A stretch of DNA of 64,000 nucleotides from Candidatus Woesearchaeota archaeon (GTDB lineage: Archaea; Nanobdellota; Nanobdellia; Woesearchaeales; JAZDKJ01), in NCBI GenBank assembly GCA_043803105.1, contig JAZDKJ010000012.1, positions 1-64,000 of the forward strand, in the 5' to 3' direction. Position numbers and translations under genes: made by a program. The notes beneath the pieces were generated by a model, which saw nothing but the letters and a program-made list of their open reading frames with translations, was not told where the DNA came from and did no database searches. Below are positions 17,867 to 26,472 of this stretch, piece after piece (positions within the stretch are counted from its first letter, which is position 1; each line of letters begins with the position of its first letter).

Positions 17867-20800
17867 ATGCTTGAGAGGATTGTGAAGAAATGCTATATTC
17901 CTTTGCTTGTAGCTTTTGCCTTGGAAAAAATTCTCGTGTATTCATATTATATCCCTAGAGTTGAGGAAAAAAAGAACCTCTCCGGATTCTATACTATACT
18001 GTCAACAAACCTTTCGCCTGACAAGTCATCAGTTTGTAATAGGTTATCAGCTTCCGGGGAAAATAGGCCCAATTTCCATATTGCTGACATCAAATCTGGG
18101 CATATTAGAAAGCTTCCCAAAATGCCTGTGGATGCACAGCTTATCGGCTGGCTTGACGACAATTCTGTGGCTTACGTGTTGCATAAGGAAAAATCAGAAG
18201 AGCTTTACAGGCACGATATTGATGCTGACAAGCCGGAGCTGCTGTTATCAACTGACAAAGGGTTCTTGGTAAGAAGAATTCTGGGAAACGGCAATTTGCT
18301 TGTAGGGACTCAAGCGCTTGATAATGTGTCCTTAAGCTATTTTAATGTTCAGAAGAAAAGCCTTGTTTCCCTTGCCAAACTAAAGCCTGATGCCCTACAA
18401 ACTTTAAGGACTGAGTCCGATGGCAAGACCCTTGCATATATGTTCAATGATTCTGGAACTTATAACATCTTTATTCGGGAACTGGCGGGAAAGGTGTCTC
18501 CGACAATTTATTCTACGACTAATACCCTGTATTCGCTTGCGTTCAACGAGGCCAGTACAGAGATCATTTTTGAGGAGAGGTCACCCGATAACTATAGGTT
18601 GAAAGTTGCTAATGTAAGGACAGGTTCAATTGATACAGTCCTGTCTTCCCATGTGTCTGTAATCCCAGTAAAGTTCATTGATAGGAAAAGAATCATTACC
18701 TCAGATGCCAGTCAACTTGCACTCTTTGATTCTGAAACCAGGAAATCTACTCAGATGCTGCCAATTGATAAGAATCTTTCCTATCTAGGTTTATTCATGG
18801 TAGACAAAGACCATTTCGTCTTTCAGGTAAATTCCAAAGAATCTCCTGTCAGGTACTTGAATCTTTACGTGATTGACCTTGAAAAGCGCTTGTGCCAGGA
18901 CATAACAATGGACCATAAGGGCAACACCTTCCTCTTGGTTTCACCTACTTCAGATTCAAAATTCATGCTGTTTTCCAGCAAGAACAGTGCCTCCACTCGC
19001 TTCGTTGACCTCTATGAACGCAGCATTATTGGGAATTCAGAAAAGCAGTTGACCTCTGCAGGCCAGGAGGCTGCCGCAATTGTGGTGAATATCTATTTCC
19101 ACATGGGTCTTCTTTTTGCCGCTGCCTCGGCGTTAGGTGCAGCCAACCTGTATTTCATCTCAAAAAGAAAGAGGATGTTGCATCCGCTTGAATTGAATGA
19201 TGCAGAACCGCAGGAGCGATCTGAACTGGAGTTAAAAATCGATAGTGCCCTAAGGCTTTTTTCAGACAAGCCCACAGTCGCTGCGATGTTACCTGCTTCA
19301 ATTTTTACAGCCTGTGCATTATATGGATTGGCATCTGAAGAAATCTTTGAAACCCTTAAGCCTTCAGCCAAGTTAGTCATGCTGTCTCCTCCGGTTCTTG
19401 CATGCGGTTTTGTGCACTCTATGTTTGTGTATATGTATGACTATGTCTTTTCTCATCGGAAGCCTGAACTCACCAATGATCTGAGGACTCTCTTCAATAA
19501 TGTGAAGCTTATATATGCCCTGATTAGAGATGATAAGCCAAAGGGGTTGGGATTGCTCCAACAGCTTTCATCCGTAAGGAAGTTCAAGGATGTAAATTAT
19601 TATGGCCTGCAAGCCCTTGTTCCGTTGTTCTCATCGCAGGATTATCTTGCCTTTGAAGGTGCTGCCAAACAGCTAAAATGCCTGATTCGCGACAATCGTG
19701 CTGATTCCTATTTGCAAAACCATATTGTCTTCAAAACCATGCAAAGGCCCCTCGACATTCTTGTCTATAAGGTCTATCAACGCTTTGCAAAGAACAATAG
19801 TGCACGCCTGGATGCGCACATGCAAAGTATCTCAGCTACCACAACACTAAGAAATGCTGATAAGCTTGCTCGCACAATCGACTTTGCCAAAAAGAGCCTT
19901 CCAGAATACAGCGATGGTTTTAATGCAATTCAGTCATTATTCATGGTCTTTTTGGATCACAAATCTACTGCAAACTCAATCTTCGATAAGCTTTATGCAA
20001 AAGCGCAAGCTGCAGGCTTGGTTGAGTCAGCCCTTGACGGCTCAAAGGTTTATTCCCTTAAGGGTTTGCTCCAGGATGTCTTTCGCTTTAAGCAGGATTT
20101 GCTTCCTAAGCTTGAAGGAGAAGTCTCGAATCTTAATTTACTTTCAGAGTTGGTAGACTATAATAAGCGTGCAGTGCCAATGCCTCTTGCAATCTTCCCA
20201 TGCCAAAACGACCATCTTGCCGTATTGTACTACGAGGATGGCACAAGGTTGTCAGATCTCTTGCAGTCTGACCCTGCCATTAAATCTCAGATCATGCCTG
20301 AAGTGATTGATTTCCAGGCTTTCCTCCAGACCAACATAAAGTCGCGGAAGGGCAGGGCAGACGGTTTAAAGAGATTGATTGGAGAAATAGAAAGTGATAC
20401 ACTCATGCCTTACTGGATTAAGGCAAGATTGATAGACAATCTACCGCTCACCTTCAGGTCCTTTGATGTCTTCCCACACTTGTACGACCTTGATGGCCAT
20501 ACAGACAATTATCTCGTGACAAAATCAGGTAAGATAATTGGCCTTGATTTTCCTGACAGGTTTGAGGATATTTGTCTTTACACCACAGCAAAATTGCTAG
20601 ACAGGAGGCTTATTTTCGAAAACAGTCCGAGCGGCTTTCTTGAAAAGATGCAATACGTAAAGGAATCTATGTTTAAGCTAAACAATTACTTGCCTAGCAA
20701 TGCCAGATTTCATTATTGGGAGTTGCTTGAACTGAACTATTGTTTTGCAGCTCTGCATAAAGCTTTATCACTTCACAGCAAAAGTTCTCATCTCCCATCC

Positions 20801-20941
20801 CAGAAGGACTTGAGATTGACTTTTGTAAAGAACGCAGCCTTTGATATATCAAATGCTCTTGGTGGTGCATCAAGGTTCTATTCCCCTACAGAAGTTAACC
20901 AGCTTGAAACTCTGCTTTGCATCAAAGAGTTGCAGGAATGA
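17867..20941 (+). CDS. Membrane protein: TolB-like beta-propeller, TM segments and C-terminal phosphotransferase/kinase-like domain
   Basis: Propeller-like repeats (SPDKS, SDGKTLAY, YNIFI, SDSKFMLFSS); hydrophobic segments mid-protein; DLDGHTDNYLV...IIGLDF resembles the catalytic loop and DFx motif of APH-like kinases. Confidence 0.55.
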   Translation: MLERIVKKCYIPLLVAFALEKILVYSYYIPRVEEKKNLSGFYTILSTNLSPDKSSVCNRLSASGENRPNFHIADIKSGHIRKLPKMPVDAQLIGWLDDNSVAYVLHKEKSEELYRHDIDADKPELLLSTDKGFLVRRILGNGNLLVGTQALDNVSLSYFNVQKKSLVSLAKLKPDALQTLRTESDGKTLAYMFNDSGTYNIFIRELAGKVSPTIYSTTNTLYSLAFNEASTEIIFEERSPDNYRLKVANVRTGSIDTVLSSHVSVIPVKFIDRKRIITSDASQLALFDSETRKSTQMLPIDKNLSYLGLFMVDKDHFVFQVNSKESPVRYLNLYVIDLEKRLCQDITMDHKGNTFLLVSPTSDSKFMLFSSKNSASTRFVDLYERSIIGNSEKQLTSAGQEAAAIVVNIYFHMGLLFAAASALGAANLYFISKRKRMLHPLELNDAEPQERSELELKIDSALRLFSDKPTVAAMLPASIFTACALYGLASEEIFETLKPSAKLVMLSPPVLACGFVHSMFVYMYDYVFSHRKPELTNDLRTLFNNVKLIYALIRDDKPKGLGLLQQLSSVRKFKDVNYYGLQALVPLFSSQDYLAFEGAAKQLKCLIRDNRADSYLQNHIVFKTMQRPLDILVYKVYQRFAKNNSARLDAHMQSISATTTLRNADKLARTIDFAKKSLPEYSDGFNAIQSLFMVFLDHKSTANSIFDKLYAKAQAAGLVESALDGSKVYSLKGLLQDVFRFKQDLLPKLEGEVSNLNLLSELVDYNKRAVPMPLAIFPCQNDHLAVLYYEDGTRLSDLLQSDPAIKSQIMPEVIDFQAFLQTNIKSRKGRADGLKRLIGEIESDTLMPYWIKARLIDNLPLTFRSFDVFPHLYDLDGHTDNYLVTKSGKIIGLDFPDRFEDICLYTTAKLLDRRLIFENSPSGFLEKMQYVKESMFKLNNYLPSNARFHYWELLELNYCFAALHKALSLHSKSSHLPSQKDLRLTFVKNAAFDISNALGGASRFYSPTEVNQLETLLCIKELQE

Positions 20942-21824
20942 GTGAAAGCTCCAAGTGCTGGCCTTTCTCGAGTAAAGAAAGCAGGTAATGAACAAACATT
21001 GTATTAGTTTTCTCTTCCATCAAATCCGTAGCTATTTTGAGCAGCGTTTTTCTTGTTCTGATTGCTGACGTTAGCTCTTGAGCAGTTGTCTTGAACCATA
21101 GCCTGCCTATAGTTTGCAAGTGCTCTGTTGTTTCCTCGAACAATTTAAGCTCTTTTTGGTTGACCTTTAACCTTTTGCCCTCAAGTAGTGTGCATATCTC
21201 TTCAAGATTGTCTCCTACATTCTCCAAAGTGTTTATTGCAAAGTGGAGCCGTTGTAATTCACTCTCGCTTCCTGTAGGTCTTGTGTTTAGCAGCCTTGCG
21301 CAGAAATTTGCTATCTTATCAACGGTTTTCTCTGTTGTCTTGATCTGCTTGAGTCTCTCAAGGTTTCCTTCTTTGAGTGCGCTTGCGATATCCCTTGCCA
21401 TCGATAAGGTTACATAGAACAGTCTTTTGAAAACAACATCAAATTCTTCCTCAGAGCCCTTAGCTATGTTTTTTATCAGGCAGTATTTCTCCTTGTTTTC
21501 AATGATTTCAAAACCTAGCATCTCGCCTAGTGCATCGTTTATCTTGTCGAAAGGAAGTGATTCATCTGATTTTATTACGACCTCGTTATATCCCTGCTGG
21601 TACAAAACCCTGAGGTACCTCTTGAGAAATGGTTGGTTCTCTCGGAGCTGTATTTCCTTCTTCCCTTGGCTTTCATCACGCTCTGTTGATATGATTATAG
21701 CGCCAGAAACTGCCTCCACATTTACTTCATCACCCTTTCTTATCTTGTAGAGCTCTGCCCATTTGCTCGGTAGGCTTACCACAAGTGTCTTTCGAGCAAG
21801 CTGTATTACCTTTCTCTTCATCAT
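20922..21824 (-). CDS. AbrB/MazE-type DNA-binding domain fused to PhoU-like domain (phosphate uptake regulator family)
   Basis: RKVIQLARKTLVVSLPSKWAELYKIRKGDEV; GFEII; LENVGD helical region. Confidence 0.8.
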   Translation of the reverse strand: MMKRKVIQLARKTLVVSLPSKWAELYKIRKGDEVNVEAVSGAIIISTERDESQGKKEIQLRENQPFLKRYLRVLYQQGYNEVVIKSDESLPFDKINDALGEMLGFEIIENKEKYCLIKNIAKGSEEEFDVVFKRLFYVTLSMARDIASALKEGNLERLKQIKTTEKTVDKIANFCARLLNTRPTGSESELQRLHFAINTLENVGDNLEEICTLLEGKRLKVNQKELKLFEETTEHLQTIGRLWFKTTAQELTSAIRTRKTLLKIATDLMEEKTNTMFVHYLLSLLEKGQHLELSLIPATL

Positions 21825-21989
21825 ATATACTATAATTCACTATTATATATTTATTTGTATGATATATAATTATATAGTGCTATATAAGGTATAAGACAAA
21901 ATTATATATTTTTATCCGACTTAATAATATGTAAGATTTCCGATATTTTAGCAGGAAATTCATTAAAACCGTAAATGTGAGGTGTTAAG

Positions 21990-22451
21990 ATGAATAAAAA
22001 AGAATTGCTTATAATCAGTTTGTTGCGCGAGAACGCCAGGGAGTCCTTGACCAATATAAGCAAGAGAACAAAAATCCCGATCTCCACAATCTATGAAAAG
22101 CTCCGTAACAACTACGGTAATATCATTCAGCGCCATGTTGCTCTCATAGACTTTGCACTTCTGGGTTATAATGTTAGGGCTAACATTATGGTTTCCACTC
22201 AGAAGGATTTGCGCCTGCAGCTGAAGGATTATCTGGTCAAACAGTTTGAGGTCAATTCTGTCTACAAGATAAATAACGGTTTTGACTACCTTGTTGAGGG
22301 AGTCTTCAAAGATATAAGGGAGGTTGAGGATTTTGTTGAAAGGCTTGAGGAGCAATTCAAGATAGACAAGAAGCAGATTAATTATATCATTGAGGACCTT
22401 AAGCGCGAGTCTTTCATGGCTGATCCTAAGACAGTGGAGATGTTCCATTAG
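21990..22451 (+). CDS. Lrp/AsnC family transcriptional regulator
   Basis: IISLLRENARESLTNISKRTKIPISTIYEKL HTH; IDFALLGY; VYKINNGFDYLVE. Confidence 0.85.
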   Translation: MNKKELLIISLLRENARESLTNISKRTKIPISTIYEKLRNNYGNIIQRHVALIDFALLGYNVRANIMVSTQKDLRLQLKDYLVKQFEVNSVYKINNGFDYLVEGVFKDIREVEDFVERLEEQFKIDKKQINYIIEDLKRESFMADPKTVEMFH

Positions 22452-22461
22452 TCATAGCAAG

Positions 22462-22508
22462 ATTTAAATACCAGCTGGATTCAGGAAAATTCAATACTAA
22501 ATGAGGTG
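22462..22508 (+). promoter_or_regulatory. TATA-like box and Shine-Dalgarno for the second pilin operon
   Basis: ATTTAAATA at 22462-22470; GAGGTG at 22503-22508 before ATG 22516. Confidence 0.5.
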
Positions 22509-22515
22509 TATCGGA

Positions 22516-22779
22516 ATGAAGAAGGCTCAGGGCATTTCAATGAATGTCATAATTATCGCTGCTCTCGCGCTTCTTGTCCTGGTTGTGCTTTCAGTAATTT
22601 TTCTGACAAGGGCCGGCATTTTTTCAAGGGAAACCATGAATTGCCGCCAGCAAGGAGGCCTTTGCGTGTCTTCCGCTGATTCCTGCCCGGAGGGGCATCC
22701 GATTGCTTATAACAGTTGGAAGTGCCTGAACTCAGATGGCAAAGTGAACAACGATGAGAAGTGCTGCATCACAGGATAG
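22516..22779 (+). CDS. Small pilin-like protein with six-Cys C-terminal module
   Basis: MKKAQ-GISMNVIIIAALALLVLVVL; CRQQGGLC...C...C...CC. Confidence 0.8.
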   Translation: MKKAQGISMNVIIIAALALLVLVVLSVIFLTRAGIFSRETMNCRQQGGLCVSSADSCPEGHPIAYNSWKCLNSDGKVNNDEKCCITG

Positions 22780-23026
22780 GAAAGCGCAGTCTATTTCGCT
22801 TAACACGATTATTATTGCTATTTTAGCCCTGCTTGTTCTTGTTGTCATTGCTCTTATTTTTTCTGGAAAGATTAAGGTCTTTGGTACAGAAACAAGGAGT
22901 TGTGCCAATGTTGGCGGCACTTGTGAGACTGCCTGCGAGTCAAATGAGGCTGAGCAGGGTAACACAAATTGTGTTAACAAGTGCTGCATTGACATCTACA
23001 CAACTGCTGACGATAACAACGACTAG
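22754..23026 (+). CDS. Small pilin-like protein with six-Cys C-terminal module
   Basis: RKAQ-SISLNTIIIAILALLVLVVI; CANVGGTCETAC...CVNKCC. Confidence 0.8.
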   Translation: MRSAASQDRKAQSISLNTIIIAILALLVLVVIALIFSGKIKVFGTETRSCANVGGTCETACESNEAEQGNTNCVNKCCIDIYTTADDNND

Positions 23027-23065
23027 CACAAGTTTTAAATAGCGTGCCTGGTAGTAAATACTCCT

Positions 23066-23194
23066 ATGTCGACCTTTAAGAAGAAAGGCTTTCAACTTCT
23101 TTCAGAGAATATGATGTATATTCTTCTTGCTTTTTTTGGTTTTATTGCCCTTCTTACAGCCCTATACTTTATCCTCAGGAGGTTTTTAGGTTGA
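23066..23194 (+). CDS. Minimal 42-aa pilin-like peptide (missed by the ORF track)
   Basis: MSTFKKKG-FQLLSENMMYILLAFFGFIALLTALYFILRRFLG; fills the gap; its stop overlaps the next start. Confidence 0.65.
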   Translation: MSTFKKKGFQLLSENMMYILLAFFGFIALLTALYFILRRFLG

Positions 23195-23946
23195 TTAAAG
23201 GAAAATCAGGTCTTGAATCTCAAACAGTGGTTATTTTGTGTGTTATTCTGGCCTCTGCTGTTGTATTAATGTTCACAGTTAAAAGTTTTGGTGAAACTAT
23301 TACCAACAGCGGCGACATCGAGGCCTGCAGGCTTACTGTCATTACTGCTGCCAAAGTAAAGACTTTTGGCGAGACAATAGGCACAAAATGCCCAAGGCAC
23401 GAGCTTACCCTCACTTTGAAAGATGCAACAGTCGGAACATCAATTAACGCAGATGCAATTAAGGAAAAGATTGCTGAAGAGATGAGGACATGCTATTACA
23501 AAATGTCTGGAAAACAGCAGCTTAATCCTTATGCTGAGAGCAAGATGCCTTTTGAAAAACAGAATATCTGCCTGGTCTGCTCAGAGATATCTTTTGCCCC
23601 TGACCTTCAGAAAAAGCTTCCGGAAATCAATAACTTTGGTGCTTTCCTGAAGGATTCTAACTATTCATTCATGCAGGTCAAGACAGCAAATGTCCTATGG
23701 GCTATTTTTCCAACAACCAAGCAGTACAAAACTACTGAGCTTGGCACAGATTCATTTTCCACAAAGAATGCTTACTACTTGATTTACAATACCGAATCCC
23801 CTGATTGGTGGAGGTCAGATAATCTTTTTAACAGGGCACTTCGTGTTGCTCTTGGAGATTTTGCCGTCAGTGACTCTTATTCAGTGATGCTGCTCATGCC
23901 CTCTTCTGACATTGGCACTTTGCAGTGCACATCTTATATAGGCTAG
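23191..23946 (+). CDS. Pilin-like protein
   Basis: TTG start after AGGAGG; KGKSG-LESQTVVILCVILASAVVLMF; paralog of the next gene. Confidence 0.7.
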   Translation: MIKGKSGLESQTVVILCVILASAVVLMFTVKSFGETITNSGDIEACRLTVITAAKVKTFGETIGTKCPRHELTLTLKDATVGTSINADAIKEKIAEEMRTCYYKMSGKQQLNPYAESKMPFEKQNICLVCSEISFAPDLQKKLPEINNFGAFLKDSNYSFMQVKTANVLWAIFPTTKQYKTTELGTDSFSTKNAYYLIYNTESPDWWRSDNLFNRALRVALGDFAVSDSYSVMLLMPSSDIGTLQCTSYIG

Positions 23947-23950
23947 CACA

Positions 23951-24808
23951 ATGAAGAAAGCTGAGCTCAAACTGATTGTCATCTTGGTACTTATGCTTGT
24001 TTGCATTTCAGTTATGATTTTATTTGAAGGTTCTGTGTCCAAACTTTTTGCAAGTAGCATTGATTCTACTGGCTGCAAGGCTAATGTCATTGAGCATGCT
24101 GCTGCCCACCTTAAGATTGTTGACCTGTCCTCAGACATTACCTGCCCTGCAGAGAACATCACCCTAAGATCCCAGGACCCAAAAGCCCAGCTTGCTGACT
24201 CAATGTACAAGTGCTGGGATAATTGGGGCAAGGGCAAGCTTGACCTTTTTGCTAATGATGGTGTTTATTGTGTGGTCTGTTCCTGGGTTAAATCCAAGGA
24301 TAAGTCCATGACCCTTACCGGTTTTGACAACTATCTGTCTACAACAATAATTCCCGGAAGAGGTATAACCTATCTTGATTTTCTTAATGGTTACGAAACT
24401 CCAAGGGGAAAAGAGGTTGTTGGCAACCTTCTCGAAAAGCAATCACAGAATCCCTCTGTCATTTTCGGTGACAAGACCTATTCAGTGATTTTTGTTTACG
24501 CGCGCGGTGATGAATTTATCAAGAAATTGTTGGTAACCTCTGCCAGCACTGTGGGCCTTCCTGTGATTATTGCTGGCGGCATAATGGTTGTTGCAGGTTT
24601 ATCAGGGGTTGGTATCCCTTTTGTGTTGTCTGCAGGAGCCTTGACCGTTGCAGGGTCAGGGACAGCACTCCTTGGAGGTATAGAAGCGTGGTATGAAGCA
24701 AAGTTAAGGATGGAAAGGCCTGACCACGTTGCCTTTGTTGCCTTAAGGGAGTACAATTCCGGCCAGTTGGATGAGCTCGGCTGCAAATCCCTGCCTGCAA
24801 AACAGTAA
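23951..24808 (+). CDS. Pilin-like protein with a Gly-rich hydrophobic hairpin
   Basis: MKKAE-LKLIVILVLMLVCISVMILF; shares CP...A..M..C...C.VCS with 23191..23946. Confidence 0.7.
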   Translation: MKKAELKLIVILVLMLVCISVMILFEGSVSKLFASSIDSTGCKANVIEHAAAHLKIVDLSSDITCPAENITLRSQDPKAQLADSMYKCWDNWGKGKLDLFANDGVYCVVCSWVKSKDKSMTLTGFDNYLSTTIIPGRGITYLDFLNGYETPRGKEVVGNLLEKQSQNPSVIFGDKTYSVIFVYARGDEFIKKLLVTSASTVGLPVIIAGGIMVVAGLSGVGIPFVLSAGALTVAGSGTALLGGIEAWYEAKLRMERPDHVAFVALREYNSGQLDELGCKSLPAKQ

Positions 24809-24840
24809 CTTTTTTATAATGGTCTTTCCAGGTTTTATTG

Positions 24841-24981
24841 ATGTTTAATAGGAAGGCTATGGAAAAAAAGGTAATGGAATGGATTGTACTCCTCGCGCTT
24901 CTTGGCATTCTTTTGGGAATCATCTTTTACAAGGCCTATCCTGCCCTGATGTCAAATATCAAGCTTCCGGGCCTATCCTAG
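24841..24981 (+). CDS. Minimal 46-aa pilin-like peptide (missed by the ORF track)
   Basis: MFNRKA-MEKKVMEWIVLLALLGILLGIIFYKAYPALMSNIKLPGLS. Confidence 0.65.
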   Translation: MFNRKAMEKKVMEWIVLLALLGILLGIIFYKAYPALMSNIKLPGLS

Positions 24982-24989
24982 GTGAAAAT

Positions 24990-25517
24990 GTGAAGAAAGC
25001 AAGTATCTTGTGGGAGCCAATAATGAAGTGGATTATTGTTCTAGTTGTAGTTGCATTTGTTTTCATTTTCTTGCTGCCAAAAGTTTTGTACGGTGCAGAC
25101 AAGGTCTTGTCCTTAATTGGGGTTTCAGGCTCAAAATGCTCTTTTACTGCTGCAAAATGCGCAAACTGTCTTTCAATAACCTCTTCTGTGCCCTCAACAA
25201 TAGAGTTCAGAAAGTCTGACAATTATGCTTCAACCTCTTGTGAGATTTCTTCATCAACTCTTGCTTTATCCTTTAATGAGAACTTGAAATCACAGAAGGT
25301 GGACATCCTGTCCTGTTGCGGCAAAGCCCCAAAAATCAAAACAGATTGGACAGGCTCAGCAAAACAGCTTACAATATCTTTGGACAAGAATTCTCTCAAA
25401 TTCTCAGGCCTGACTTCTAACTGTTATTATCGCCTTTCTTTCGGCAAAGATTTAATAAGCGAGACCGGCAAGAATATAAGCACTGACCAGGAGGTTATTG
25501 TTTTCAAGACAAAATGA
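24990..25517 (+). CDS. Pilin-like protein with C-terminal Ig-like (Big_5-like) domain
   Basis: GTG start after GGTGA; KKAS-ILWEPIMKWIIVLVVVAFVFIF; LSFNENL...LTI...YRLSF...FKT. Confidence 0.65.
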   Translation: MKKASILWEPIMKWIIVLVVVAFVFIFLLPKVLYGADKVLSLIGVSGSKCSFTAAKCANCLSITSSVPSTIEFRKSDNYASTSCEISSSTLALSFNENLKSQKVDILSCCGKAPKIKTDWTGSAKQLTISLDKNSLKFSGLTSNCYYRLSFGKDLISETGKNISTDQEVIVFKTK

Positions 25518-25792
25518 AGAAGGCTGACCTTTCCATGAACATGATTATTCTTGCAGTGCTTGGCATAATCCTTTTGATTGTCCTAGTTGCGTTGTTCACT
25601 GGCAAGATTAGGATTTTCAGCAGTAATGTGCTTGGCTCCTGCGCAGAGCAGGGAGGCACCTGTGCACAACAAGGTAAATGTGATGAAGGCAAGTATATTG
25701 CCTGGGCTACTGGCTGCAGTTGTTATCCTCCTGATGACAAGGATTGCAAAGACAAAAAGCTCGGCCAATGCTGTCTGCAGGCTCTAAAATGA
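25514..25792 (+). CDS. Small pilin-like protein with Cys-rich module
   Basis: MKKAD-LSMNMIILAVLGIILLIVLV; CAEQGGTC...CC. Confidence 0.8.
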   Translation: MKKADLSMNMIILAVLGIILLIVLVALFTGKIRIFSSNVLGSCAEQGGTCAQQGKCDEGKYIAWATGCSCYPPDDKDCKDKKLGQCCLQALK

Positions 25793-26019
25793 AAAAAGCT
25801 ATGGAAATGCTTGGCACAATAATAACTTCGGTACTTGTGATTGTGGCTATTTTTGTCATGATATTGCTTTTCACAGGAAAGATTGGTATAACAAAAGAGA
25901 ATCTTTCAAGCTGCACTACAAAGAATGGAGAGTGTGTGAAGACAGCTGAAGAATGTTCAGGAGGCACTGCCTTGTTCGATTGCCCGTCTTCAAAGCCTGT
26001 ATGTTGCATTAAACCTTAG
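25789..26019 (+). CDS. Small pilin-like protein with six-Cys module
   Basis: MKKA-MEMLGTIITSVLVIVAIFVMIL; C-x6-C-x6-C-x8-C-x6-CC. Confidence 0.8.
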   Translation: MKKAMEMLGTIITSVLVIVAIFVMILLFTGKIGITKENLSSCTTKNGECVKTAEECSGGTALFDCPSSKPVCCIKP

Positions 26020-26024
26020 CAGGA

Positions 26025-26471
26025 GTGATAACCGTGTTTGGAAAAAAAGGTGATGGTGTACTCTGGGAACAAATACTGTATGCTGTGCTTGTAGTTGTAG
26101 CGATTGCTGTGATGTTGTATATTTTTGGACCTAACGCAGCCAGAGCCAGCACCAGCTTTAATAAATACTTTAATCAGGCTGAGCTTACGCAATGTGCTTT
26201 GAAAGGTAGCAATGATAAAGATAGGATTGAGCTATACTGCAATCCAAACAATAAGGATTATCCGTATCCTGTTAGCTGCGATCCGTGCCTTGGCGCAACA
26301 AACACATACGACATGGATGGTGATGGTATGCCTGACCAGTGCGAAAAAGACAAAGGCCAGGATGTTAAAAAGACAGAATGCCTGCATGTCAACAAAGCCA
26401 AAAAAACACAATGCTGCATGACCACAACTCCCTGCAATAATCTTAAAGCAGTAACCATTACCTGCACCTAA
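26025..26471 (+). CDS. Pilin-like Cys-rich protein with a DxDxDG Ca-binding motif
   Basis: KKG-DGVLWEQILYAVLVVVAIAVML; DMDGDGMPDQC. Confidence 0.7.
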   Translation: MITVFGKKGDGVLWEQILYAVLVVVAIAVMLYIFGPNAARASTSFNKYFNQAELTQCALKGSNDKDRIELYCNPNNKDYPYPVSCDPCLGATNTYDMDGDGMPDQCEKDKGQDVKKTECLHVNKAKKTQCCMTTTPCNNLKAVTITCT

Positions 26472-26472
26472 G

